The notes below the pieces were generated by a model, which ran no database searches, was not told where the DNA came from, and saw only the letters and a list, made by a program, of their open reading frames with translations. The position numbers and the translations under genes were made by a program. From positions 27,094,001 through 27,158,000 of the forward strand of contig OZ024750.1 in assembly GCA_964016885.1 (NCBI GenBank): a stretch of 64,000 nt of DNA, given 5' to 3'. This DNA is from Eledone cirrhosa (taxonomy: Eukaryota). Of this stretch, positions 1 to 13,412 are shown in pieces. Position 1 is the stretch's first letter. Each line of letters starts with the position of its first letter.

Positions 1-1022
1 TATAACACAATATAATGTATATCAACACAGAGAATTTCAGTAATTGGAGCTGTAAACAACTTTACATTTTTCTAATTTCTTCTATCATTTACAATGTAAT
101 CGCTAGTTACCTCCCATTTCGTATTAGCTCCCCTTAATATAGATCAAACTCACTTCCGGAAATTAAACCGTTAGAAGACTCACCCCACAACAACTCGAAC
201 CCCGGATAGCAATATAATAGGACCGGTGTACAATCCAAGGCTGTGACTGATTAAAAACCTTCACTAAAATGAAACATAGCCAATGTGATGGAAAAAATAG
301 CAATAACATTGATACTCTCAGCACATACACATTTGAAAATTACAGAAACAACCGTCACACTACATCCACCATAAACCCATAATTTTAATACAAAAACAGC
401 TCTGCCTGATATGCCTGTAAACTTATGTTATTTTATGTGATACTTTTACCATGCAGAAGTTATATATGCATCGTACCATTGCTTGTTTCCTTCCTGTATA
501 TGCCTAATGCATTTGCACTCTCTGTACGCTTGCATATGTACTGCTAGTGTTCTCGTTTTACGAGTAACTTTCTACCTTAATGCCTCTTTAATTGTTATAC
601 TATTCCCCTGTAATCTCTGTCGCATGCATTCCAGTATGTGCCTTTAAATTTTTTTAATTTTAATTATTGTACAATTCTGTTGAAATCTATGTCGCATCCA
701 TTCCACTCTGTAAATACGAAACTGTTGTTGACAACATTAATATCCATGTATCTATATGATTGTTCAGTTGAATAGGAGGTTAATTATATGTATAAACATT
801 GTTATTGCTCCGATGACTCCAAACGATAGTTTGGAAGAAACAATTGTCAGCAATAAAATGATTTGAACATAGCTTTGATTATTGTGTAATTTATATTCCG
901 GCTCTGTAAAAAATCTGATATATTTACATTGAGGTATTTTTCTTACAGGTAATAAGGTAGTAATGAATTACTGACCTTTCCTGTTTATAGTTGTATATAG
1001 TGTATAGACAACTATAAATATT

Positions 1023-1050
<28 letters not shown>
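1..1050 (+). mobile_element. Penelope-like element 3' end/pseudo-LTR with hammerhead, ending in (TA)n
   Basis: Hammerhead motif at 802-856; 3' tail shared with the copies at 7615-8331 and 34146-34445. Confidence 0.6.
802..856 (+). ncRNA. Minimal type I hammerhead ribozyme (CCGAUGA core variant)
   Basis: ttattgct-CCGATGA-c tccaaac gata gtttgga a-GAAAC-aatt-GTC-agcaataa: 8-bp stem I, 7-bp stem II, short palindromic stem III. Confidence 0.7.
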
Positions 1051-1054
<4 letters not shown>

Positions 1055-1059
1055 AATGC

Positions 1060-3480
1060 ATGCATACATACAAGTTCTCAAGGGAAATACACTTATACCA
1101 GAATGGTGGACATTAACATAAACAATACTGGTCCCCAAGAACAAAGACACCCACTTGGCAAAAAACTATCGACCCATTGCATGCCAGAACCTGATGTATA
1201 AGGTGTATGCAGCCTGCCTGAACCTATTCCTCTAAGATCACTATGAAAATAATAACATCATCACGGATGAACACGCATCTGGAGAGAAAAGGATTTGGAG
1301 GTGGGCTGAACAACTCCTAATCAACAAAACTGCGATGTCGGAGGTGCGACAACTTAGGAGGAATATGGCTACAATCTGGATGGATTACAGGAAAGCTTTC
1401 GATTCTGTTCCCCACTCTGGAATTATAGAGGCCCTCCGACTTGCTAAAGTTCCAGACATTATTATCAGAGCCATAGAGAAGCTGTCTTCTTCTTGGGCTA
1501 CTATCCGAAATTTAAAGACAGAGAAGGACGACTCTATTATCACTGATAAAATATAATATCACATAGGTATATTTCAAGGACACAGTCTCTCTGTGATATT
1601 ATTTATCCTTGCCTTTTCTGCTCAAGAAATGTGAATGATGCATCATTGGCTCACAGGAGGACAGAAATACGAACATAACCCATAATTTCTTTGTGGATGA
1701 TCTGAAACTATATGCCAAGAACATAGATGGGATGAAGAAAAATCTTGACCTTGTTACAACATTCTCAAAGTATATAGGAATGGAGTTTGGTCAAGATAAA
1801 TGTTCATATATGATTGTAAAACGGGAAAAACAACAACCCAATCCAGCAAAATTGTCATCAATGGCATAACTGTTTTACCGATATCTGATGAGGACTGCTA
1901 CAGATACCTGGGGATAGATGAGAACATATCATATAATGGTATCTGTAATAAGGAACGCGTAACCAGGGAATATTACACCCGATTAAGGGAAATATTGTCA
2001 TCGGAACTCTCAACGCACAATCAAACAGTGGCTCACAATCTGTTTGTTGTGCCTGTCCTAACAGCAACGTTTGGAATACTCAATTGAAATCCGAGCAATT
2101 GACGTTAGGACTCGAAAAATAATAAACAACACCGGAAGCGTCCACATCAACAGTGACATATACCGCATTTACTTGAAACGTAAGCAGGGAGGCAGAGGCC
2201 TAACATCAGTCCAGACAGCATTTGAATGTCACATCATATCCCTCCGACAACATCTACGAACCTCGAAGCGTAGGAACTTGTCTCCCGAACAAGTATATCT
2301 GCATGAAGCGGATAAGATCATGAGATTTGGGAAGGAACTCCTTGGAAGATATTCCTTGTGTGATAATCAAAACCTCACACCCAGGGAAGTTGCTCCGCAG
2401 TACCGCAGTGATTCCATGGATGAAAAACTGCATGCATATCAGCAACTATTCATGCATGGATATGTTGCCATGCAGCTCCAGAGTGAGAGTATATAGATAA
2501 ACAAAGTAGTCAATCTCGGACCAACAACCGCTATATTGGCTCCCACTTTGAAGGATACGCTTTTGCAATCCAAGAAAAGGAAATCAACATGAAATACCTG
2601 ATTCACAAAAGAGATAGGGATGCAGGCAAACACCTAGATGTGACCACAAGTGCAGACTCTGCAGAATTAACATCGAAGATGTCACTCATGTCATGAGCAG
2701 CTGTCCAAAGATGTCATCCCTGTACTATCTACCTATGAGGCATGATGTGGTCAAAACACTGTACATGTATAATGCAATCATCCGTGGAAAAGATATCCCC
2801 GATAATAAGCACATTAAAAGCTACAGCAATGTGGAAGACATACATATACATAATATGAAAGAGTACTAGTGGAATGTTCCAGTGAAAACACCAATAAACT
2901 GCAGGTATAACAGACCAGATATAATGATATGGTACAGCGAAAAGAAGGCATGCACAGTAGTGGAAGTTAGCTGCCCAGCAGATGCCAATATAATATCAAA
3001 GATTAGCGAAAAGGAGAATATTTATGCAGAACTAATGAGAAATCTGCAGATACTGCACCCTGACTATACCTTCAGATTTATGCCTGTGATTATTGGGGCA
3101 CTGGGATATGTTAGTAACTGCCTCAATAAAATCGTGTGAAGCTGGGCTACAGGAACAGAAAGAACACAAATAGTTAGGAAATTACAAGTACAATCCATTA
3201 ATGGAACAGTAAAAATATGTAAAACATTCCAAAAGTTTTTCATCTAATAAATGCATATACACATTACACACAGAAAGCGTATGCACATGCTCACATACTA
3301 CTCAAAACATACACATCCACACATCCAATAACGTCCATACCTACACATACATGTATCTACCTAGTTGATGTTGTGTAAATTCGAAAGAGAGAGTCTTGCA
3401 ACTATGCTAGAAACCGAATCTTTCTCTATTAGCAAAAAATTGTGAAATTATGAAACCAGAAGAACATACATCCATCCATG
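1060..3480 (+). mobile_element. R4/Dong-clade non-LTR retrotransposon, 5'-truncated and decayed (RT, CCHC finger, REL endonuclease)
   Basis: Motifs NYRPIAC, WMDYRKAFDSVPH, GIFQG.SLS, FVDDLKLY, RYLGIDE, CRLC...HVMSSC...RHD, RPDIMIW...VEVSCP, IIGALG across frameshifts and stops. Confidence 0.92.
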
Positions 3481-3707
3481 CAGACGTAGTCAGTCAACGC
3501 GATCAGTCGTATATTTTAATGTGGGAGACTATTAATTAAATTTAAGATGAATACTATCTACGATTGTAATGCAACAACTACCAGTCATGTTGAATAACTG
3601 AATATTCTTCTAACTATATCCACTGAAGACACATTTTATTCGAGTTTGTAGAGATATATATCCAACTAAACAAATAATTCATTTTACAAGGATTTGCTAC
3701 AGACAGC

Positions 3708-4030
3708 ATGACTGAACACAACATCAACAACAACAACATTAGTGAAATACCGAAGAAAAACGAGAAAGGTAAACAAATGTTATTCAGTTGTAGCTACAGA
3801 AGAAACAGAAATTATAAATCGCATTTCTCTTGGAGTTGCGAACTTAATAATGATTTATTTAATTGTTATAAAATGGCAAAAAACAATCCCTCCATTGGCT
3901 ATATGAACGGAATGAGGCTACACTGGGACGAAATACACCCAGAACTAAATCAGTTCACAGTGAAACAATTACGCCAACAAGCGACGTTTGTTGAACGTAA
4001 AAATAAGATAAATATTATTAATTGTTAGTC
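3708..4030 (+). mobile_element. N-terminal fragment of an R4/Dong-type ORF
   Basis: WSCELNNDLFNCY...IGYMNGMRLHWDEIHPEL...KQLRQQA resembles the Myb-like N-terminus of R4/Dong proteins. Confidence 0.6.
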
Positions 4031-4241
4031 CCCTACAACAAACATGGAATCAACAACACGTGCTACAGGTCGCCATGCTACTAGACTTCCTAGTAGCCAG
4101 GTCATACATGCCTTGAAACAACTATGCCTATAAGAAATTTGACACCACGTGTACCATCTAAGTCTACCTCGAATGCTGGGGAAACCACTATCGATAACAA
4201 TGGTTCCTTATATAGGCACAAGGCCAGCATATTTTGGGGGA

Positions 4242-4425
4242 GGGTGAATTGGCAGTATTGGTAGAGGCTCAGACATGCTTTCCAGTGTAGTTATGTCCCT
4301 TTTCGATCTGAGTTCAAATCCCGCCGAGTTTAACTTTGCCTTTCATCCTTACGGGTTCGATAAAATAAAGTACCAGTAGTGTACTGGTATTTGCTGGCCT
4401 TGTGCCAAAAGTAGAAACAATTATT
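4242..4425 (+). mobile_element. tRNA-derived SINE (dominant family of the window)
   Basis: A/B-box-like head (tggcagtattggtagag...gagttcaaatcc), central gcctttcatccttacgggNtcgataaaataaagtaccag, 3' end ggccttgtgccaaaagtagaaac + (TTA)n. Confidence 0.88.
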
Positions 4426-4945
4426 ATTATTGTTATTGTTCTTTGAGTCTCAGTCATTGATTTTATTTACTGGAAAGTTTGTTGAAATAAATATCAAGTC
4501 GCTACCTGCAGCCTCAGATATTCAGGACGTATCGGAGGGTTCTTGCTATTTCCAGCAAGCATGCCTTTTGAAGTGTTCCACAAGCGGTGCTGGACTAATC
4601 TTCTTTAACCATCCTTGGAAACACTTTGAGATAGTACCTACTGCACATATGACAATCGGGACGACCTTGACTTCATGGCAGTTCCAAATCCTTTTTGACT
4701 CCCACTTTACGTCTTGGTATCGGTTAATTTTCTCCCTCTCCTTCTCTTGCACTCTTGTGTCGAATGGGCAGGCTACATCCACAATCAGGCACGATCTTTT
4801 TTCCTTGTCCAAAACCACCAGGTCAGGTCTATTGTGTTCCAGTTTCTTGTCCGTCTGTATCCTAAAATCCCACAGCACCTCCACCTGATCGTTTTCTATC
4901 ACCCACTCTGCCTTATACTCATACCACTTCTCAGAATGTGGTAAA
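4420..4945 (-). mobile_element. R4/Dong 3' fragment (REL endonuclease) with (AAT)n tail
   Basis: VLWDFRIQTDKKLEHNRPDLVVLDKEKRSCLIVDVACPFD...VVPIVICAVGT. Confidence 0.9.
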
Positions 4946-5022
4946 TTGTTTACTTTGCATAGGTACCAGTGATCCTAACGCACCAGAATACTCAATACTT
5001 TGTGTAGTAGAGTGGGTAATAG

Positions 5023-5120
5023 GAAAATGTTCAAGACCCAGACGGCAGAGCTCAAGCCGTTTCGACGCAAATAGCCGTCGAAACGGCTTGAGCTCTGCCG
5101 TCGGGGGTCTTGAACATTGT
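5023..5120. repeat. Fold-back palindrome of a hammerhead-bearing element
   Basis: Arms ...gctcaagccgtttcgacg / cgtcGAAACggcttgagctctgccGTC...; truncated relatives at 8398-8447 (+) and 30446-30495 (-). Confidence 0.75.
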
Positions 5121-5174
5121 CATATATATATATATATAGTCTACTGGCAGTGTTTACAACTAGTTTTTGAAACC

Positions 5175-5695
5175 GGCGAATTAAATTTAAAATTAAAATT
5201 AATATTAAAATTATATAGAAGTATAAAATATATATAAATATCTATACACATAGATATATATTATAAGAAATTTTAAAGATATTATGATTTAGAGATATTA
5301 ATATATTAAAAGTATTAAAAATATTAAACATATAAAATGTTAGAGCAGATAGGAATATTATAAGTATATTATAAGTTACATATAGTTCTGAATGTAGAAT
5401 TTTGGCAATGTCTGCAAGAATTAAATATTTCTGTTTTGAGTTTAATAGAGTTTTTACAATTAATTATATAAATTATATAATTACATAGTGTCGGTGCCAC
5501 TTCTACAGAATTTAAACTTCGCTGGAAAAACCATATTCATTCTTTTAGATCTGACAAAAAGATCTTCTACTACCTACATAATATCTTTAAAATTTCTCAT
5601 AATATATATGTATGTGTGTATGTTTATAGATATTTATATATATGTTATACTTCTATATAATTTTAATTTTAATTTTAATTTTAATTTAATTTTTT
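5175..5695. repeat. AT-rich inverted repeat (5175-5290 vs 5575-5695)
   Basis: About 115-bp reverse-complement arms; probably a 5' inversion of a decayed AT-rich element running to about 7240. Confidence 0.6.
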
Positions 5696-7310
5696 AAAAA
5701 CTCAATTCTTTTTTCTTAATTCTTTATTTTTCTAATGACACCCTCTAAAGCTAATTTTTAAATGTAGATTAATAACCATTAACTGTTTTTAGTAAAATGT
5801 ATCCTACTCAAGATGTTGTTTAAATATTCATATTTCTTTAGACGAAATAATTAATCGCACACTAGCGATTAATACAAAAAATCGGAGTTATCTTTCCTTT
5901 TTTCAATCATAAAAACCTTTTATGCATAATTCCGTTAATTTAATTTACACCTTATCAATTAAAACTACCTATTTATTTACATGAAATCAACATCCTAGTA
6001 ACTTATATTATGAACAACCACCTATTTTTTATTTATTTATAAATCAACATCCCTCGTAACTCATATTATAAACAAACTATCCTTTTAATAGAAAATACAT
6101 ATGCTAATATTAAAATATATATAGATATTTATATATTATTATAAGATAGATAATTCTCCATATAAATATGGATAAATGTCTTAATATATTTCCCCTAAAT
6201 TAACGTTTACGTGGTCTTCCTTTTCCTTATTCTTACCTTTCTTCTTCTTTAACAATTTTTGTTTGATAATTTATATAGCTTCGTTAAATTAACAATATTC
6301 TGAAAACATTCTCAATGTTGAAAATTTTTGAATCCACAAATTATTCTAATCTCACAACTTAAAATTTCAACATCCTTCGTAACTCATATTTGTTACATAA
6401 AAAAATCAATACATACGAAACTTATATATATTGAGTTAAGAACTCAGGGTAGTCCCTTACAATTAAATAGCTCTAAGAAAAAAGCTTTTTCCGAGCCGTA
6501 CAATATAATTGAACAAACAAGAGAGATGAACACTAATATAAACATACATGTGTTCGAATCGTAAGGACCAAAATTAGCTAGGGTGAAAAATACTAACTAC
6601 AGCAATATAGTTTGTTATCCTTAAATTTAAATATTAAATTAAGAAAAAAAAAGAAAAATAACAGACCTATATTGGGCAAAAATGCTTGGGCAACTTATTA
6701 ATATATATAGAGATATGTATATACATATAACCTATCCTAATGTAATAAGATAAAAATACTTACAACCATAAAGCTTCATATAATTTATATACAATATTAT
6801 AACTCATAATATTGGTAACAAATGTTCCCCCAAATTAACGTTATTCCTCTCTCTTTTTCTTTCTCTTCCTTTCCTATCATAATTATTTAAATTCCCCCCT
6901 TTAATATAAACCTAATTTGCATACTCATTAATAATTTTAAGTATCTGACTTTTCTCCTCTCTTCCCTTCACTTTCCAGGGATAACTTGAACCGTTAAGGT
7001 ATATCATCATTGGTCATGTCAAATATTTATAAAACATTTTGTATGTTATCTGATGATAGCTTACCAAAATGTTGGCACCCTTGAAATATATATAATAGAA
7101 TAAATATGGTTTTATAAATATAGTTTCCATTTATTTAATATCATTGAATACTTACTCCAGAAATCTGTCGAGTACTCTGAATCAGTTATAAACATCTATA
7201 TTTGTTTGATTTACAACAAATTAAATATCTCTTTTACATCTATATATATATATATATATATATAATCAAGGTTTAGCAAATAAGAAAAAGTTTCAAAATA
7301 ATGAAAAGAT

Positions 7311-7392
7311 CCTTCTGACGAGAATCTTTCTTTGCAACGAAGGCCGTATGGACTCCGTTTATTTTTGAGATTCGAAACCGATTCGGTAAAGG
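7311..7392 (+). ncRNA. Type I hammerhead ribozyme, canonical core, in an element at 7262-7575
   Basis: cctt-CTGACGA-gaatct...agattc-GAAAC-cgattcg-GTA-aagg; the element has a 40-bp 5' inverted copy (7262-7301 vs 7427-7466). Confidence 0.8.
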
Positions 7393-7572
7393 TAACTATA
7401 GTAAGTAAAGTTAATTTTTTAAAATTTATTTTGAAACTTTTTCTTATTTGCTAAACCTTGATTATATATGTTCTGGCTCGTTAATTTATTAACCTGCCAT
7501 TGAACCACATTGGCATTTGGTTGGACAATACATGTGTCCCTTAGCGCCTTGTGCGTGTAGGAACACATATTC

Positions 7573-7614
<42 letters not shown>

Positions 7615-7618
<4 letters not shown>

Positions 7619-8319
7619 TTAGTTATACTATTTATGGTTATGTAAATACAAAACCTTATGCAGTTATAAGTATTTTTTATACACACCCTAAATAGTGGTA
7701 GGCAGTAATGTATTACTACCTTATTACCAGTAAGTTAAGTAGCTCAATGTAAAAGCATCAGATGATTTACAGAGCAGTTATATGAAATATAAGAATCAAA
7801 GAACTGTTCAAAATATTATTGTGCTTACAGCTGTTTCCTCCAAACCGAGGTTTGGATCCTTCGGAGCAATTTATTAATGCATGGACAGTTATATGACCTC
7901 CTTTTCAGCCAAGAGACATACCGATACATATGCAAATATTGTGGGTCAACAATCATTACAGAATTTAGAGTGGCAGTACACACTTCGAGATTACATTCAT
8001 ATTAAGAGGTACAATCAAAAATCAAAAATACAGGTTAAAATACAACATGAAGATAAGCGGTTAACCTCTATTTAACCTGTATTTTTGATTTTTGATTGTA
8101 CCTCTTAATATGAATGTAATCTCGAAGTGTGTACTGCCACTCTAAATTCTGTAATGATTGTTGACCCACAATATTTGCATATGTATCGGTATGTCTCTTG
8201 GCTGAAAAGGAGGTCATATAACTGTCCATGCATTAATAAATTGCTCCGAAGAATCCAAACCTCGGTTTGGAGGAAACAGCTGTAAGCACAATAATGTTTT
8301 GAACAGTTCTTTGATTCTT

Positions 8320-8331
<12 letters not shown>
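7615..8331 (-). mobile_element. Penelope-like pLTR element with a 260-bp 5' inversion (7779-8039 vs 8071-8331), between (TA)n tracts
   Basis: Near-perfect inverted arms, each with a hammerhead; tail shared with the 1-1050 and 34 kb copies. Confidence 0.8.
8242..8288 (+). ncRNA. Minimal type I hammerhead (CCGAAGA core); inverted copy at 7822-7868
   Basis: tgct-CCGAAGA-a tccaaacc tc ggtttgga g-GAAAC-agct-GTA-agca. Confidence 0.7.
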
Positions 8332-8351
<20 letters not shown>

Positions 8352-8499
8352 CACAATAATATATATATATATATAATATATTTATATATATACAGTATTA
8401 GCCGTCGAAACGGCTTGAGCTCAGCCGTCGGGGTCCTACTCGTTCCCTTATACAGTATATATATATAGGATGAATGATGTCGAAGAATTGATAGATCAC

Positions 8500-8924
8500 A
8501 TTCTTAATGTATACTGTAGATTGCGACTTCTAGTCTTATGTTCTTGATGACTTAAGATATTTACTTCTTCATCCTCTCCAATCGGTCTTTTTATAGTTGA
8601 GTGGGATACATAGGGCATCATCGTGATATAATCCTCCGCTTAGACCCAGAAAACACTTCTTCACATATCTCACGAGAGCTGTCACCTGCTCTGAGTCACT
8701 GGATCCCATTGTAATATAGAAACTGTACGAACAATCTTTTCCCGTCCATAGGTCCTTATTATATCTAATTAGTGTCTTCATTGCCGAAGACATTTATGAT
8801 TCCGGTAGTTCTACTTTATCCATGTTGTATACGTTATTGGTTTCATCAGCGTTGTCAAAGTTGTATCCGATTGTTTCAGTTAATTTATCTTTTCCGTATG
8901 TTTACTTTGGTGATTACTTTGGCG

Positions 8925-8925
<1 letters not shown>
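8500..8925 (-). mobile_element. Penelope-like (Naiad-type) reverse transcriptase fragment
   Basis: FYITMGSSDSEQVTALV...GGLYHDDAL matches the Naiad FDVTMGSxDGAExxELV...GLYRDDGL pattern. Confidence 0.75.
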
Positions 8926-9009
<84 letters not shown>

Positions 9010-9267
9010 AATAATGGAGCTGCGGCGCTGCAAATGGGTTACATATGAAAAAGTTTGTCCTCATCAGTGGCCTTCCAACCGTCGTAGGCATTTCGTCGCA
9101 TTAAAGGCCATATACCTCAGGTTGGTGCGAGCAACGGCTAAAAAAAGTCGTTGGGACACGTAAATAAAGGGGACGCTAGGGTAAACAAACAAAATGGTTT
9201 AAGCAACAGATATATATATATGTGTGTGTGTATATATATATATTTATATATATACATATATATTTAT

Positions 9268-10620
9268 ATAATCGAAACATTGATGAAAGAGAAGCAAGCC
9301 GTTAAAACACATTTATAAAAACCTCTTACATATGTTTCGCCCAATGGGGCTCGTCTGAGGCGGGTAAATAGGCAAATAAATTAATAATGAACCCTGTAAA
9401 GGTACAAGCAAAATTTTAACATCGAAATGCATTACTTCGTGTAACAAGTACCTCATTAATAGTCGACCCGAAACTGTCATCAATTGCGGCCATAGACTAC
9501 AATAGTCCTTCTATAGATGGATCCCGGCTAATACTCAAACACCATAACACCCGGGGCCTCAAACACTGTGCCCTGGCTCGGCCTAAAATGGTAGACTTAA
9601 AATTTAACATCTTTGAACAATACCATCATCCAACACCCGTCGTCCCTCCAGGGAGCTGCACTGCATATTTTCAGACGAGATTACCCTTTTGTATTCTTCC
9701 ACACTGATAGACTAAACTTTGGGTAATATTACAGAACTGCTGATTATACCCTTTAAACACTGTAGACATATGATCATATAATTATACTGAATCCATCTTA
9801 TATGTCTTTACATTTCTAGACTCTTAAGCCTACATTGATATTGCAGCTATGTACTAATAAACTAGTGTAAAGTCTTTAATTACCTTACTCATAATTGATA
9901 CTAAGACTCATACCTTAACAATGCCTCATTAAATTGACTTGACAAACCATAATTAAATTAACACCTTATAACAAGAAATATAATTTTTTTATAGCGGTCA
10001 TTGATCAAAGAGATAACTTTAGCATGCACCGGAAATACTTCCCTTAGTACACAAAGTTCTTGACTCCATTTTGTAATACGAAGTAATGGATTTCGATGTT
10101 AAAATTTTGCTCGTAACCTTACAGGGTTCATTATTAATTTCCATGCTTTCCAGCATAGTTACGTCCCTTTACGATCTGAGTTCAAATCCCGCAGAGGTTG
10201 ACTTTGCCTTTCATCCTTACGGGGTCGATAAAATAAAGTACCAGTAATGCACTGGGTAATTGTTGGCCTTGTGCCTAAAGTAGAAACAATTATTAATTTC
10301 TTTGCCTTTCAACCTTACGGGGTCGATAAAATAAAGTACCAGTAATGCACTGGGTAATTGCTGGCCTTGTGCCTAAAGTAGAAACAATTATTAATTTATT
10401 TGCCTATTTAACCGCGTCAGACGAGGCTCATTGGGCGAAACATATGTAAGAGATTTTTATAAATGTGTTTTAACGGCTTGTTTCTCTTTCATCAATTATT
10501 TCGATTATAATTGCTCTGCTTAACTTCGTACACTAAATATTAACGCCTCTAATGTTTAACCCTGTTTATATAAGCATCGAGCACATTTTGGCAAATAATC
10601 CTCTGTATCGTTTCTCTTTT
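9268..10620 (+). mobile_element. Penelope-like 3' fragment with inverted pLTR (9268-9440 vs 10077-10510), interrupted by a SINE (10141-10395)
   Basis: Inverted arms; degenerate hammerhead CAGACGA-ggctcattgggc-GAAAC-atat-GTA at about 10417-10450; frameshifted WI...LNTITPxGL endonuclease tail near 9520-9560. Confidence 0.65.
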
Positions 10621-11249
10621 ACCTCATCTCTCTATCCTCTCTCACGATACTGTAACTTTATATATATATATTTAGAGAGAGCGATAGATATAGATATCGT
10701 ATTGATTTATAAATATATGTATATATTTAATGGCTGACAAGTTTTTTCAAATATTGCACAGTAAGGGGGGACATACATGTTGGGATATCGAATATAAATC
10801 GATATTACTCCATCAGAAATTACTATTATCATCAGAGCCTACAAAAAAAATTATTCATAACATATTAATTCATAAATTATATCATCGAAGTGAAAAATCT
10901 TCTTTAAATGTGGAATATTGATATTAAAAGGTCGGAAGTGAAAGGACGTTATAGCAGCCACACAAAATGGTTGTTATAAATGTTTTCGCTGCCATACTTG
11001 TCATTCATTAAATATATATACATGTATTCATAAATCTTTGTTATTCTCTCCAGCATTTTAAAAACGGTTTTTACTCTGTTTATTATACAATTGTTAAGCT
11101 ATCTCTCATTACATTTAATCACATGGTTCGGTAGTCTAACAACCTATATGCATTGAGCACATTAACCTTCTCTATACTGGCTAGAAATCTGCATAACTAA
11201 TCACCTTTGTCTCCTCCGGATTAGCTTACTTGCATTTTACTGTAACATT

Positions 11250-11601
<352 letters not shown>

Positions 11602-11647
11602 TTATTAAAATAACAGATTAAAGTTTAAGCAAAGAATTTATTATTAT

Positions 11648-11700
<53 letters not shown>

Positions 11701-11889
11701 AATTAATAAAAACAATGAATATAAACAAAGAAACAGTTCCTTATATTAAAAAATTCATCATTTTACGATCGTTTCTAGGATATATATGTGTGTGTTGGTA
11801 TGTATATCATATAGATCTATGTAAAAGTTTTACAAACTATCAGAGGGAATATACATACCCACACATATATATGCTGTCTTCAGAAATAA

Positions 11890-12027
11890 TCATTATTTCT
11901 GAAGACAGCATATATATGTGTGGGTATGTATATTCCCTCTGATAGTTTGTAAAACTTTTACATAGATCTATACGATATACATAGCAACACACACATATAT
12001 ATCCTAGAAACGATCGTAAAATGATGA
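11890..12027 (+). ncRNA. Type I hammerhead with a stem II of about 100 nt, in a palindromic element (11704-12220)
   Basis: tcattattt-CTGAAGA-(atatatatgtgtg...cacacatatatat)-GAAAC-gatc-GTA-aaatgatga; palindrome axis at 11891. Confidence 0.75.
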
Positions 12028-12239
12028 ATATTTTAATATAAGGAACTGTTTCTTTGTTTTTATTCATTGTTTTTATTAACTTATCTTGACTCTGTTTTCC
12101 TGAGTTTTTCATCGAAAGAATTTTGAATACATCTTCTCTTTTCATGATATTTGGATTACATTGAGTTCTCCATACGGATTGGACACTACCGTATATTTTG
12201 GTAGATTTATCTACATACATATATATATATATATATATA

Positions 12240-13337
12240 TACTATAAATTATGTCCATAGAATCATTTGATAAGATATACACTCAATTTCCTTTCCGAAT
12301 TAGCATAATCAACCTCATAAAAAAACAATTAAACCAGGCTATGAGATTAAAAGGCACCTATGAAGAAATAATAGATAAATAAACGACAGCTATCTATTCG
12401 CGATCAACAGCTATAGAATATTTACCCAACATTTCAATAGCACGTGGAAATCGATTAAATATATCGTTAACCATACACAATTAGGTATAAAATTAAAGTT
12501 AGAAGAAAAAATGCATATACACATACCAGGATTACGTTTCTACCCATCAGGGTTTCGTTCGCTTTCGGAAATATCCTATCAAGGATAAATTCTCGAGCTT
12601 CGAACTCATCAGGAAACAAACTCACTTCGACAAAGAATTTTCTTAAATGATCCCCGCCAGAAACGAATTCAAAATGGCTAAGAACTGTAACGTGGCAGTG
12701 GTCAAGTCAGAAAGAATGTGATCGGTGCCTTACGGCTAGTGGGCTGGTTGTTAGAAAGCGCAGCCCAATATTGCCTAAATTGCATCTCAACCTTATGGGA
12801 GATTATCAAATATAAAGATTTACATATACACAAACTAGACAAAGTCATAGATATGTTTGTGGCAACCATTCACGATGTGGCTCAATGATGAATTAATAAA
12901 TTAAATAATCAGAGCAATATACTATAAATTATGTCCATAGACTCATTTGATAAGATATATACTCAATTTCCTCTCCCAATTAGCATAATCAACCACACAA
13001 AAAACCAATTTTACCAGGCTATGAGATTAAAAGGCACCTATGAAGAAATAATAGATAAATAAACGACAGCTATCTATTCGCGTTCAACAGCTATAGAATT
13101 ACCCACCATTTCAATAGCACGTGGAAATCGATTAAATATATCGTCAACCATACACAATTAGGTATAAAGTTAAAGTTAGAAGAAAAGTGCATATACACAT
13201 ACCAGGATTACGTTTTTACCCATCAGGGTTTCGTTCGCTTTCGGAAATATCCTATCAAGGATAAATTCTCGATCTTCGAACTCTCACCAGGAAACAAACT
13301 CACTTGGACAAAGAATTTTCTTAAATGATCCCCGCCA

Positions 13338-13338
<1 letters not shown>
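12240..13338 (-). mobile_element. Non-coding partial-tandem element (680-bp unit, 420-bp direct repeats, each with a hammerhead); retrozyme- or pLTR-like
   Basis: 12241-12660 repeats at 12921-13338; (TA)n on both sides; no recognisable ORF. Confidence 0.8.
12536..12617 (-). ncRNA. Canonical type I hammerhead ribozyme
   Basis: gtttc-CTGATGA-gttcg...cgaac-GAAA-ccc tgat ggg-TA-gaaac. The second copy (13212-13295) has its core altered to CTGGTGAGA. Confidence 0.85.

Positions 13339-13412
<74 letters not shown>

Noticed and set aside
7494-7571. Possible phase 1-1 exon on - (EYVFLHAQGAKGHMYCPTKCQCGSMA) as exon 2 of the left paralog
   Set aside because: No polypyrimidine tract (preceded by (TA)n), weak donor, no EGF cysteine pattern, and it lies in the tail of the hammerhead element at 7262-7575. 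RNA-seq could still test it.
9050-9105. Permuted hammerhead on - (GAAA ... CTGATGA)
   Set aside because: Stem II does not pair beyond one base pair and there is no convincing stem I or III.
10720-11010. Possible very degenerate GIY-YIG remnant
   Set aside because: The resemblance is too weak to support without a profile search.
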